Shown: positions 20,751 through 29,665, counted from the stretch's first letter. The stretch is 64,000 nucleotides of DNA from Candidatus Aenigmatarchaeota archaeon (GCA_018920185.1 JAHLMT010000001.1:9875-73874); one strand, 5' to 3'. Numbers and translations: made by a program. Notes: a model not told the origin generated them from the letters alone.

Positions 20751-21506
20751 ATGAAAGTAACTATAATTGATCGCTCAGATTCAGAAATCAAGTTCTTCGT
20801 GGAAGGTATAAAACCACCTTTTGCAAATGAGCTCAGAAGGATAATGATGAATGAGATTCCTACCATGGCTATTGAATGGGTGGATTTTGTTAAAAACGAT
20901 TCTGTATTGAATGATGAAATTATTGCAAACCGATTAGGATTGATACCCTTGAAGTTTGACAAGAAAGCGTACAATACACCGAAAAATTGTAAATGCGAAG
21001 GTAAGGGATGTAGTTTATGTCAAGTAAGACTAACACTTAAAAAGAAGGGTCCCGGAATGGTTTATGCGGGAGACTTGAAATCTACGGCAAAAGATGTCGC
21101 CCCAGTGTTTGACAAGATACCAATAGTCGAATTGTTTGAAAATCAAGAATTACAATTCGAAGCTATAGCAACATTAGGATTAGGCAAAGAACATTCAAAA
21201 TGGCAAGCTGCTGTTGTTGGATATACTAATTTATTCGAAAGCAAGTCAAAAGCTAACGAAATGAAATTATGCGATAAACATTTGTTTCATGTAAAAGACG
21301 TGAAAGGAATTAAAGTCGATCCTTTACAATGTGAGTTGTGTGCATATTTAAACGAAGATGATAATAGATTCAAACTAATTGACGATAGTTTTCTTTTTAC
21401 TGTTGAAACAGCTTCTGGATTAGATGTTGAAGATATTATTATTGATTCGGCAGAAATTTTGGGGGAGAAGATAAAAGAATTTGATAAAGCTGTGAAGAAA
21501 TTATAG
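20751..21506 (+). CDS. rpoD: DNA-directed RNA polymerase subunit D (Rpo3) with 4-Cys cluster domain
   Basis: 251 aa. N-terminus typical of Rpo3; cysteines CKCEGKGCSLC and CELC. Confidence 0.85.
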   Translation: MKVTIIDRSDSEIKFFVEGIKPPFANELRRIMMNEIPTMAIEWVDFVKNDSVLNDEIIANRLGLIPLKFDKKAYNTPKNCKCEGKGCSLCQVRLTLKKKGPGMVYAGDLKSTAKDVAPVFDKIPIVELFENQELQFEAIATLGLGKEHSKWQAAVVGYTNLFESKSKANEMKLCDKHLFHVKDVKGIKVDPLQCELCAYLNEDDNRFKLIDDSFLFTVETASGLDVEDIIIDSAEILGEKIKEFDKAVKKL

Positions 21507-21665
21507 TTATTAAATTTACCCATGTAGACTAAGTTTTAATAGATCAAAATGACTTAAGGTTTATGCTGAGGGTAAAATTAAAGGATTGGCATTCAAAAAG
21601 TTAAAGGAGTGATTTTTAATATTTTGCCAAAGTTTAATAAAATCAAAATAACATCAAAAAAATAA

Positions 21666-21813
21666 GCAGGGGTCGCCTAGTCTGGTCAATGGCGCGAGAG
21701 GGGTATATCTTTAATTCCCTAGCGACGCTTAAGCATCAGACATTAAGCACTGATAAAAGATGAAGAAACCTCGTCGGTTAGTCCGTTCGTGAGTTCAAAT
21801 CTCACCCCCTGCA
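21666..21813 (+). tRNA. Class II tRNA (Leu-like) interrupted by a ~70-nt insertion/intron; anticodon unresolved
   Basis: Acceptor GCAGGGG/CCCCTGC with discriminator A. Class II D arm GCC-TAGTCTGGTCAAT-GGC. Long variable arm CGG-TTAGT-CCG. T arm GTGAG-TTCAAAT-CTCAC. The anticodon stem halves GCGAG…CTCG(T) are separated by ~70 nt. Confidence 0.5.
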
Positions 21814-21817
21814 TCCT
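21800..21817 (+). repeat. 18-bp direct repeat copy 1 (tRNA 3' end, att-like): tctcaccccctgcatcct
   Basis: Exact match to 23032..23049. Confidence 0.8.
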
Positions 21818-22334
21818 GTTCTATTGTAGTGTGAAAAATGGAGCCTATCTAAAAGCCAAATTAAGAATAGAGGAAAGTAGTGCATTGGATGGTGATTTCG
21901 ATCCTTAAAGAGAAAGGAATCTTAGCTAAAAGCGAATACTTGTGACCTTAAAATTAAAAGATTTGGAAGATTGTTAAGGAAGAGAATAGTAAGGTTGAGT
22001 TAAATGAGTAAGAAATTACCGATATTATGTTTAATCTGCAAGGCTTTTATTAATTTTGGAATCCAGATCTTGAGCTATAGAGAATGCTGAGAAATTTTAC
22101 AATTTGAGAAAAATAGAAATAATTCATGAGAATAAGAAATTAAAAGATTATATTTGCTATCCTTGATATCAAAGAATTTTTGGTAAGTAGATAGCGTAGG
22201 TGCATGGTCCTAAGCAGTATTAGGAGCTATTCAGTAAGCTATTCTAAGGCAGTATAGATACTGTATCCTATTTTATCAGGTTAAAATTTCTTGAACCTAT
22301 AAAATTTAAGTATTATGTAACAATTAATTTAATT

Positions 22335-22820
22335 ATGAAGTTGGTTAGATTTAAAACAAAAAGAGGTAAAAAAGTAAGCTTCCTCGCAAGGGAAAGAAGG
22401 TGAAGCACGCCTCGAAACCCCTTTGATCTAGGAATAAAACCAATCCCAATCTGGGAAGAAGAAAAAGCTGGAGGAAAACGTAAAAAATTTTCACGAACAG
22501 ACGAAAAAGCTATCTACAGTAGATACAAAGGAAGGTGTGCTATTTGTGGGAGAAAAACAGAATTCTACGATGGTGAAGTAGATCATATTAAACCATTAGC
22601 AAAGGGTGGAAGCAATTCTCCTTCTAATTTACAATGGTTATGCCACAGATGCAATAAACTGAAAGGTAGCAAAAGGACAAATGCTCAGGTGAAAGAACTT
22701 CTAGGATTAAAAACAAAACGAGCTGCAAAACGAGCTAAAAAAAGAACAAAAAGAAAGAAACCCAAAGAGTATGATATTTTTGGTCTACCGAGAATTAAAC
22801 CTATAAGATTGGGGATTTGA
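22335..22820 (+). pseudogene. HNH endonuclease ORF interrupted by in-frame TGA at 22401-22403
   Basis: The frame reads MKLVRFKTKRGKKVSFLARERR-TGA-STPRNP...CAICGRKTEFYDGEVDHIKPLAKGGSNSPSNLQWLCHRCNKLKG... This is a canonical HNH motif. Confidence 0.55.
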
Positions 22821-22960
22821 TGGCCAAAAGAGTAAGTTTCTTAGCTAGAACAAAAACTAAGAAAAAGATTTCTTTTATTGCTGGTGGGAGAAAGGTATCC
22901 TTTACCGCAAAGGTACCTTCCAAAAGAAGAAAGAAAGTTACATTTTATGCAACAAGATAA
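22820..22960 (+). CDS. 46-aa basic peptide built from a repeated K(K/R)(V/I)SF(L/I/T)A unit
   Basis: MAKRVSFLARTKTKKKISFIAGGRKVSFTAKVPSKRRKKVTFYATR. The same unit occurs in the N-terminus of the HNH ORF. Confidence 0.3.
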   Translation: MAKRVSFLARTKTKKKISFIAGGRKVSFTAKVPSKRRKKVTFYATR

Positions 22961-23031
22961 ATTTAATCAAAGTTTAAATACTTATTCAGCCATACATCTA
23001 CTAAGTTAAGCGCATTACAGTAGAACTGGAT

Positions 23032-23049
23032 TCTCACCCCCTGCATCCT
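23032..23049 (+). repeat. 18-bp direct repeat copy 2 (att-like)
   Basis: Exact repeat of the tRNA 3' terminal 13 nt plus 5 nt downstream. Confidence 0.8.
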
Positions 23050-23082
23050 AATAAATTAAGAACGTTAGAAGTAGATTTCATT

Positions 23083-23439
23083 TTAAAACTTCATCAAACT
23101 TTCAACAAGCTTTTGTGTAGCTTCTTGTGTAGTCTCATCAACAGGTTTGATAATTTCCTGTACCAACTTCTCAATAGTTTTTCTCTTCTCTTCTTCACCA
23201 ACAGCAACAATAGCTTTCCAAGGTTCTTGCACTTTTCCTAACAGTTCATTTGTTTTATTCAATTCTTTCTTCAATTCGACTAATGCAGTCCATAATTGTG
23301 CGATTTTGATATCGTCAGCTAAATTATAAGCAAACCTGTGTTTTTTTGTAGAATCCAATAACGTAGATAAGATCTGTTTGTCTTCGTCACTTAGTTCATC
23401 TTTCCAATCCTTCTTTTTCCTGAATAAAGCCATAATCAC
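23083..23439 (-). CDS. Hypothetical coiled-coil protein
   Basis: 118-aa ORF with charged coiled-coil composition. Confidence 0.4.
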   Translation of the reverse strand: MIMALFRKKKDWKDELSDEDKQILSTLLDSTKKHRFAYNLADDIKIAQLWTALVELKKELNKTNELLGKVQEPWKAIVAVGEEEKRKTIEKLVQEIIKPVDETTQEATQKLVESLMKF

Positions 23440-23512
23440 AAATTGAAATTAATATTTAAATCTTTGAAACAAAAACAGAACCTTTTTAAATCTTCATCAC
23501 AAAAGAGAAAGA

Positions 23513-24181
23513 ATGAAAGAAGGGGATTTTGTCAACATAGAATTAACAGGAAGAATCAAGGACACAGGCGAAGTTTTTGATACTACAAGCGAGGAAATGG
23601 CAAAGCTTGCTGGAATATACGATGAAAAAACTAACTATGGTCCAATTCCTATAATAGTTGGCGCGCATCAGCTTATCCCCGGATTAGAAGATGAAATAAA
23701 AGAAATGAATGTGAGTGAGAAGAAGAAAGTGGAGCTAACTCCAGATAAAGCATTCGGTGAAAGAAACCCGAAGTTAATTAAAGTATTGTCAATGTCAATT
23801 TTTAAGGAGAGTCAAGCAGAACCTTCTCCAGGAAAAATTGTTAATTTCAATGGTGTCCAAGGGAGAATTCTCTCAGTCGACGGCGGGAGAGTAATAGTTG
23901 ATTTTAACCATCCACTTGCAAGCAAAACAATCGAATACGATGTTGAAATAAAGGAAGAAATCAATGAAATCAATGAAAAAATAAAATCGACTGTTAGATA
24001 TTTCACAGGTATAAAAAAGGATGATTCTCAAGTAACTGTAAATGGAAGTGAAACTACAATTAATGTACCAAAATTCGATATACCAAAACATATCAAACAG
24101 AATATTGCCGATACAATCATGAAATGGATTGATGGTATATCTAAAGTAAGCTTTGTCGACGTCTTTGAGAAGAAAAATTAA
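23513..24181 (+). CDS. FKBP-type peptidyl-prolyl cis-trans isomerase (long archaeal type)
   Basis: 222 aa. N-terminal FKBP domain (GDFVNIELTGR...GAHQLIPGLEDEI) with inserted flap and C-terminal domain. Confidence 0.75.
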   Translation: MKEGDFVNIELTGRIKDTGEVFDTTSEEMAKLAGIYDEKTNYGPIPIIVGAHQLIPGLEDEIKEMNVSEKKKVELTPDKAFGERNPKLIKVLSMSIFKESQAEPSPGKIVNFNGVQGRILSVDGGRVIVDFNHPLASKTIEYDVEIKEEINEINEKIKSTVRYFTGIKKDDSQVTVNGSETTINVPKFDIPKHIKQNIADTIMKWIDGISKVSFVDVFEKKN

Positions 24182-24219
24182 GCATTTATCTTTAGCTTTA
24201 GAATTAATTATAAGATTCT

Positions 24220-25320
24220 ATGGGTATAAAGCAAATCTACGAGAGACCAGTTAGAACTACGACGTCAAACCCCTCTGATGAAGAAATCAAGGCTATAGTT
24301 GAAGCCAAAAGGACAAATATCAAAGTCGTTGGTTGTGGAGGAGCGGGAGGGAACACGATAACAAGATTAATGCAAGTTGGTATTACAGGCGCGGAGACTA
24401 TAGCATTAAACACTGATGCATTAGATTTGTTGCACACAGAAGCAGATAAAAAACTAGTCATTGGCAAGGAACTTACACAAGGGTTAGGTGCAGGTGCTAA
24501 TCCTCAAATTGGAATGGAAGCTGCAAAAGAGAGCAAGGAAGAAATTAAAAAACTGTTGCAAGGCGCAGATATGGTGTTTATTACTTGTGGTTTAGGTGGA
24601 GGAACTGGTACAGGAAGTGCACCTATAGTCGCAGATATAGCAAAAAAATTAGGGGCTTTAACAGTGGCAGTTGTGACACTACCATTCAGTATGGAAGGAC
24701 GGCAAAGAATGAACAATGCGAAAGAAGGGTTAAAGAATTTGGATGGTGTGGTTGATACATTGATAGTTATCCCAAATGATAAGTTATTAGAAATCGTCCC
24801 GGACGTTAGCATAGTGACAGCATTCAAAGTTGCGGATGAAGTTCTTGTTAATGCAGTCAAAGGTGTCACAGAACTTGTAACAAAGCCCGGATTAGTTAAT
24901 TTGGATTTTGCGGATGTTAGAGCGATAATGAAAGAAGGTGGATTAGCTATGATTGGTATGGGTGAAAGTAATTCGGAAAATAAAGCATTCGAATCAGTCG
25001 AACGCGCTTTAAATAACCCGCTGATAACGGTTGATATTAATGGTGCTAATGGGGCTTTGATTAATGTAGTTGGAGGACCCGAGATTACAATAAGAGAAGC
25101 CCAACAGATAGCTGAAGAAATATCATCGAGATTATCACCTGAAGCCAAAATAATTTGGGGGGTACAAGTTGACAAATCACTCGGTGACACAATTAGAACA
25201 TTACTTGTTGTTACCGGAGTCAAGTCACCACAAATATTTGGTCCCGAAAAGTCGTGGGAAAAACAAAGGAAGAAGGATATAGAAAAGATTCTAGGTGTAG
25301 ATTTCGTTGAAGTAGAATAA
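24220..25320 (+). CDS. ftsZ: Cell division GTPase FtsZ
   Basis: 366 aa. GCGGAGGN and GLGGGTGTGSAP tubulin-signature motifs. Confidence 0.9.
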   Translation: MGIKQIYERPVRTTTSNPSDEEIKAIVEAKRTNIKVVGCGGAGGNTITRLMQVGITGAETIALNTDALDLLHTEADKKLVIGKELTQGLGAGANPQIGMEAAKESKEEIKKLLQGADMVFITCGLGGGTGTGSAPIVADIAKKLGALTVAVVTLPFSMEGRQRMNNAKEGLKNLDGVVDTLIVIPNDKLLEIVPDVSIVTAFKVADEVLVNAVKGVTELVTKPGLVNLDFADVRAIMKEGGLAMIGMGESNSENKAFESVERALNNPLITVDINGANGALINVVGGPEITIREAQQIAEEISSRLSPEAKIIWGVQVDKSLGDTIRTLLVVTGVKSPQIFGPEKSWEKQRKKDIEKILGVDFVEVE

Positions 25321-25351
25321 ATTTAAATAACTATAAACAATCTTTGATGTT

Positions 25352-25522
25352 ATGAAAATAAAAGAAACCATCCAGAATTATTTAAGAATATTAGCCATAA
25401 CAAAAAGGGCTGATAAAGAAGAATTTATTGAAACAATTAGAATATGTGGAATTGGCATAGCCATAATTGGTTCAATAGGGTTTTTATTCTACCTTATATC
25501 GGCTTTAATCGGTGGTTTATGA
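25352..25522 (+). CDS. secE: Protein translocase subunit SecE/Sec61-gamma
   Basis: Hand-found 56-aa ORF MKIKETIQNYLRILAITKRADKEEFIETIRICGIGIAIIGSIGFLFYLISALIGGL. Single C-terminal TM, directly upstream of spt5. Confidence 0.6.
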   Translation: MKIKETIQNYLRILAITKRADKEEFIETIRICGIGIAIIGSIGFLFYLISALIGGL

Positions 25523-25959
25523 TGATATACACAATAAAAACAGTTGTTGGAAGAGAAAATGTTGTGTTAGCTGCAATAGCAGCAAAGGCAAAGTCAGAGA
25601 ATTTGTCAATCCAAGCTCTTGTTCATCCAGAAGAACTCAAAGGATATATTTTTGTCGAAGGTGATCTTAATGATATTGAGAGAGCTATAAAAGGAATGCC
25701 ACATTCAAGAGGATTGATTAAAGAGCCTGTTGATATCTCTGCAATAGAGAGATTTTTACAACCGAGAAAAGCTGAAGTTGAGTTAAATGTAGGAGATATA
25801 ATTGAAATTATCGGAGGACCATTCAAAGGAGAGAAAGGAAAAGTAACAAGATATGATAAAGTCAAGCGAGAACTAACAATGGAACCTACTGAAACACCTG
25901 TACCTATTCCAATTACTGTATCGGTTGAATTTGTTAAAGTTTTGCAGAAGGCGAAATAA
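25519..25959 (+). CDS. spt5: Transcription elongation factor Spt5 (NusG homolog)
   Basis: NGN domain plus KOW (GDIIEIIGGPFKGEKGKV). Start taken at the MMIYTIK Met inside the listed 171-aa ORF. Confidence 0.8.
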   Translation: MMIYTIKTVVGRENVVLAAIAAKAKSENLSIQALVHPEELKGYIFVEGDLNDIERAIKGMPHSRGLIKEPVDISAIERFLQPRKAEVELNVGDIIEIIGGPFKGEKGKVTRYDKVKRELTMEPTETPVPIPITVSVEFVKVLQKAK

Positions 25960-26261
25960 TGGCTAAGAAAGAACCGAGAAGCGAGACGGTCAAATTGATA
26001 AAGAAAGAGTTGAAAATTGATACAGCAAAAATTACTGAAGAGGATAAAGCTAAAGGAATAACCTTTGTTGCTGATGGGAAATTAGAGAGTGTTATTAAAA
26101 TTGCAAAGGAAAGAATGGATAAACTATCAGCAAAAGATTTGAAAGGCGCAGTTAAAATCATTCTTGGAACACTGAATTCAATGAATGGAGTTTTAATTAA
26201 TGGTAAAAGACCATCCGAAATTATTAAAGAAATCGATGAAAATAAAATAGAAATTGTTTAG
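25959..26261 (+). CDS. rpl11: uL11-like protein comprising essentially only the C-terminal (rRNA-binding) domain
   Basis: 100 aa. LSAKDLKGAVKIILGTLNSMNGVLINGKRP resembles the L11 C-terminal domain (…LKGAVKSVLGTARSMGITVEGK…). No PPVGPALG-type N-terminal domain is present, and there is no room for one upstream. Confidence 0.5.
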   Translation: MAKKEPRSETVKLIKKELKIDTAKITEEDKAKGITFVADGKLESVIKIAKERMDKLSAKDLKGAVKIILGTLNSMNGVLINGKRPSEIIKEIDENKIEIV

Positions 26262-26350
26262 TGGACTGGCCGAGATTCGAACTCGGAACATCTACCAGTA
26301 AAGTTCTATCGAAATGCCATGGTAGCGGTCTACCGTTGACCTACCAGCCC
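26262..26350 (-). tRNA. tRNA-Ala (anticodon GGC) with 17-nt intron at 37/38
   Basis: Acceptor GGGCTGG/CCAGTCC gives the G3:U70 Ala identity pair, with discriminator A. Anticodon arm CTACC-ATGGCA[17 nt]T-GGTAG. T arm CCGAG-TTCGAAT-CTCGG. Confidence 0.7.
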
Positions 26351-26353
26351 AAA

Positions 26354-26530
26354 TTATTCTTTCTTAGATTTCTTTTCTTGTTCCGTCCATTTTAATTTTT
26401 TCTTTTTTCTACCCATCATAAAATTCTTTTCACATTTACTTGAGCACCAATAAAATATCTCACCTGTATTCTTCACGAACATCTTTCCAGTACCCTTAGG
26501 TATATTCAATCCACAGAAGGAACATCTCAT
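26354..26530 (-). CDS. rpl24e: Ribosomal protein eL24
   Basis: Hand-translated 58 aa MRCSFCGLNIPKGTGKMFVKNTGEIFYWCSSKCEKNFMMGRKKKKLKW... This is the TRASH-type zinc motif of L24e. Confidence 0.75.
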   Translation of the reverse strand: MRCSFCGLNIPKGTGKMFVKNTGEIFYWCSSKCEKNFMMGRKKKKLKWTEQEKKSKKE

Positions 26531-26535
26531 TCTAA

Positions 26536-26742
26536 TTACCTGGTTTCCATCTTTCCAGCAGTTTCCATCTCAGTTTCTCTTAACATCAATATATCTTTTA
26601 CTCTAATAGGACCTATGACATTTCTAGTCAGGATTTTTCCTTTATCTGGACCCTCGAGAACTCTACATCTAACTTGCATCACACCCTTAACACCTGTCCT
26701 ACCGAGTAATTGCAATACCTCAGCAGGATAAGCTTCACCAGA
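26536..26742 (-). CDS. rps28e: Ribosomal protein eS28
   Basis: [46 protein letters not shown]. Start at an internal Met of the listed ORF. Confidence 0.8.
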   Translation of the reverse strand, partial: SGEAYPAEVLQLLGRTGVKGVMQVRCRVLEGPDKGKILTRNVIGPIRVKDILMLRETEMETAGKMETR

Positions 26743-26749
26743 CATAAAA

Positions 26750-27118
26750 TCACTTTGATACCAGCTTGTTAACACTATCAATAATTTCTTTTATTAATTC
26801 TTTACTTTCACCAGGTTCTATTATACATACAGCAGCAGATGATACATCTAAACCAGCTGCCCTCCCCAATTCAGCTTTGTTTGGTACATAAACGTATGGA
26901 ACTTTTTTCTCCTCGCATAATGGTGGCAGATGCATTACAATCTCTTCTGGTTCAACATCACCTGCAATCACAATCAATTTGGCATCGCCTCTTTCTACAG
27001 ACTTTGTACTTTCGTTAGTACCTTTTCTTATTTTTCCAGTATTTCTTGCAATTTCTACTGCTTGTAAAACTTTGTCGCTCAATTCTTTCGGTACTTCAAA
27101 CTTGATATAAGATTTCGG
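26750..27118 (-). CDS. rpl7ae: Ribosomal protein L7Ae (K-turn binding)
   Basis: …[36 protein letters not shown]…[17 protein letters not shown]. Start taken at MPKSYIKF. Confidence 0.85.
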   Translation of the reverse strand, partial: PKSYIKFEVPKELSDKVLQAVEIARNTGKIRKGTNESTKSVERGDAKLIVIAGDVEPEEIVMHLPPLCEEKKVPYVYVPNKAELGRAAGLDVSSAAVCIIEPGESKELIKEIIDSVNKLVSK

Positions 27119-27169
27119 CATTCGATACCACATCCTTCTAATTCTATATAGAGAAAATGTTTAAATAGT

Positions 27170-28819
27170 TTATTTGTGTGCAAAATAAAATGTCATTTTT
27201 TTATCAAATTTTGCAAATCCTATACGTGGAAATTGTACAATACTACCTTTCTTTAAATTTTTAATTGCCGGTTCTGATAATGCATTTAATTCTTTACCAT
27301 CGGGCATTATTATTTTTATTTTTACATTGGGTTCTGATACCCAATGAATTTTCTGAATTTCATATTTCACATCTTTAGATGTCAATTCAGCGTTTTTCCC
27401 CAGTTTAATAGAGAAAAGATTCATTAGTCCAACCTCTTTATCGTGAAAATTTTCAAAATCTTTCCTTTCAATATAAATTTTGTTGACATTTACAGGAATT
27501 TTCCTGTAACCTCTACTTGGAAAATCTGGATGTAGCAAGGCTTTAGTAGATTTTACCTTCGCTTCTTTAACAGAAATCTTTACAGGATCTAATACACAGA
27601 AATATCTGTTTGAAATTCTATCGATTAATTTTCTATTTTCGGCATAAAGAATTTCAATAGGTACATTAACATCAGCTAAACTTAGACCCATACTAATAAT
27701 AAAATTTCTAATAGCTTCTGGTTGTATACCACGTTTTTCTAAAGACTGTAGACTCCATGTCCGTGGATCATCCCATCCTTTGTAAATTTTCTTTTCAATC
27801 AACTTTCTTGCTTCTGTTTTGCTCAGTTTAATTCCTTCAAGGTTCAGTATCCCGTAATGTAAAATTTCGGGCTTATTCCAACCCATGATATTCCAAATGA
27901 AGTCTTCAACCATATCTTCTATTACCAAATCTTTCCCTCGTAAAATATGAGTAACACCCAAAAAATGATCGTCAACAGCCCAACTGAATTCTAACATCGG
28001 CCATACTTTATATCTTTTATCTACTCTTGGATGTTTTCTTTCTACAATTCTTAACATAACTCTGTCTCTGAATGCAGGATTATGATGCTGCATATCAGTT
28101 TTTAATCTGACTGTTGCTTTACCTTCTTTGTATTTCCCCTTTAGCATTAACTTCCATTTTTCTAAATTAGTTTTAACTGACTGTTCACGGTGCTCACATG
28201 CAAGTCCTTTTATTCTATTTTCACGAAGAGTTTTAGGACTACATTCACAGACATAAAGAGCATTTTTATTTATCAATTCTTCAGCAACTTTATAAAACAA
28301 TTTTAATCTGTCAGATTTGTAAAAAACTTTATGATATTTCACATTAAGCCATTTTAACCCATCAATAATCATCTTGTAAGCTTCAGGAATTACAAACTTT
28401 TCTTCACTCCCAATTGTGTCATCAAAAACTAACAACAACTTTCCTTTATACTTTTTGACATATTCATCGTTCAAAATTACCATCCTAGCATTACCTATAT
28501 GTAAAGGTCCTGAAGGGTAAGGTGCCAACCTCATAACAACTTTTCCTGGTATAACATTGGATAATTCTGGCAGACCAAGTTGAACTATTTTTTCTTCTTC
28601 TAACTTTACACCTAGTTTGTTTAGAATAGTCTTTTGATCCTCTAGAGAAAGTGAATTAACATCAGCTATAATTTTTTGGGCTTCTTGAATGATATCCTTT
28701 ATTTTTTCTTTAAGCGATGGATTTTCAGCTATCACCTTTCCGATAACAGCTTGTAAGTCAGCTTTACCTTTATGTTCCACAGCATTTAACAAAGCATGTT
28801 TATAGATCAGATCTCGCAT
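27170..28819 (-). CDS. gltX: Glutamyl-tRNA synthetase (archaeal/eukaryal type)
   Basis: 549 aa. HIGN (PLHIGNARM) and KLSKT class I motifs. Confidence 0.85.
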   Translation of the reverse strand: MRDLIYKHALLNAVEHKGKADLQAVIGKVIAENPSLKEKIKDIIQEAQKIIADVNSLSLEDQKTILNKLGVKLEEEKIVQLGLPELSNVIPGKVVMRLAPYPSGPLHIGNARMVILNDEYVKKYKGKLLLVFDDTIGSEEKFVIPEAYKMIIDGLKWLNVKYHKVFYKSDRLKLFYKVAEELINKNALYVCECSPKTLRENRIKGLACEHREQSVKTNLEKWKLMLKGKYKEGKATVRLKTDMQHHNPAFRDRVMLRIVERKHPRVDKRYKVWPMLEFSWAVDDHFLGVTHILRGKDLVIEDMVEDFIWNIMGWNKPEILHYGILNLEGIKLSKTEARKLIEKKIYKGWDDPRTWSLQSLEKRGIQPEAIRNFIISMGLSLADVNVPIEILYAENRKLIDRISNRYFCVLDPVKISVKEAKVKSTKALLHPDFPSRGYRKIPVNVNKIYIERKDFENFHDKEVGLMNLFSIKLGKNAELTSKDVKYEIQKIHWVSEPNVKIKIIMPDGKELNALSEPAIKNLKKGSIVQFPRIGFAKFDKKMTFYFAHK

Positions 28820-28840
28820 ATCAATTAGAGAATTGGTAAA

Positions 28841-29665
28841 CTAATAAAATATTACTGAAGCATATCCAGTTACTTCTCCTTCGTCCAAAGCAGCAGACGT
28901 TCCGTATTTCAATACTTCAGCTTTCTTAGCACCTAATTCTTTTGCAACTGATATAGTAGTTGCAATTACAGCATAACCACAAACATTTGCATTCAATTCG
29001 TTAACAGCTTTCAAAAATCCCCTACTGTCTAACTTCTTGATATACCGTAACAATATTTTATCAATCCTTTCAGTTTTTTCTTCTTCAATGTTTCTTGACA
29101 AGTCAGAGCTCCCAATTAATTTCCAACCTCCTTCTTTTTTCATTAGCTTAGCGATAGAACTACCAACAAGTCTGCAGTTTTCTAAAAGAGTTTCATCTGG
29201 TATCTGATTGTTAATAAGAAGAGGTAATATTTTTACATCACCAAACTTGTGCAAAAGAAATGGCAGTTGAACTTCAATAGAAAATTCATCTTCATGTGGT
29301 ATAGCGTCAAATTCAATTAAATTAGATTCCCTCAATAATTTATCTGCAAAATTATCGTCAACAAGAACCTCGCCTATTGGAGTTTTCCATAAGCTATTCT
29401 TTGTTAAAGCAAAATTAGCTCCTGTCAAAGAATGATTGCTCCCAATTATGACAAAGTTTGATTTGGTTAAATTAACAAAAGAGTATGCAGCTATTTGACC
29501 CGAATGGATATATGGAGAGTGTGGAACCAGCCTTACTAAGGCGTCTGCTTTCTTGGATTTCACTACAGCATTTCTAAAATAAAAATCCAATTGCTTCCTA
29601 AGCATATTTGGGTCTAATTCGTAGAAAGTCCCGGCAGCTATCGGCGGACGAAGAATTACAGCCAT
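28841..29665 (-). CDS. MEMO1-family protein (AmmeMemoRadiSam system protein B)
   Basis: 274 aa. N-terminus MAVILRPPIAAGTFY and HSPYIHSG motif typical of Memo/DUF52. Confidence 0.7.
   Translation of the reverse strand: MAVILRPPIAAGTFYELDPNMLRKQLDFYFRNAVVKSKKADALVRLVPHSPYIHSGQIAAYSFVNLTKSNFVIIGSNHSLTGANFALTKNSLWKTPIGEVLVDDNFADKLLRESNLIEFDAIPHEDEFSIEVQLPFLLHKFGDVKILPLLINNQIPDETLLENCRLVGSSIAKLMKKEGGWKLIGSSDLSRNIEEEKTERIDKILLRYIKKLDSRGFLKAVNELNANVCGYAVIATTISVAKELGAKKAEVLKYGTSAALDEGEVTGYASVIFY

Larger units (their letters stand above)
21814..23049. mobile_element. Remnant of an element integrated into the tRNA 3' end (bounded by 18-bp direct repeats)
   Basis: Direct repeats of the tRNA 3' end flank ~1.2 kb. 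The interval holds an HNH endonuclease ORF and a repeat-peptide ORF. No integrase lies inside it. Confidence 0.45.

Noticed and set aside
22401-22403. Selenocysteine as the explanation for the in-frame TGA codons (HNH at 22401; cmk fragment at 37793)
   Set aside because: HNH endonucleases and cytidylate kinases are not selenoproteins. No SECIS-like hairpin is evident immediately downstream. Both loci sit in otherwise decayed DNA.
24504-25223. 239-aa minus-strand ORF, plus many similar antisense ORFs (e.g. 809-1129, 50987-51295, 53335-53799, 43566-43772)
   Set aside because: They lie entirely inside well-supported genes on the opposite strand (ftsZ, rpoA', rpoB', tuf). Their composition is low-complexity S/T/I-rich. 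They are antisense artefacts.
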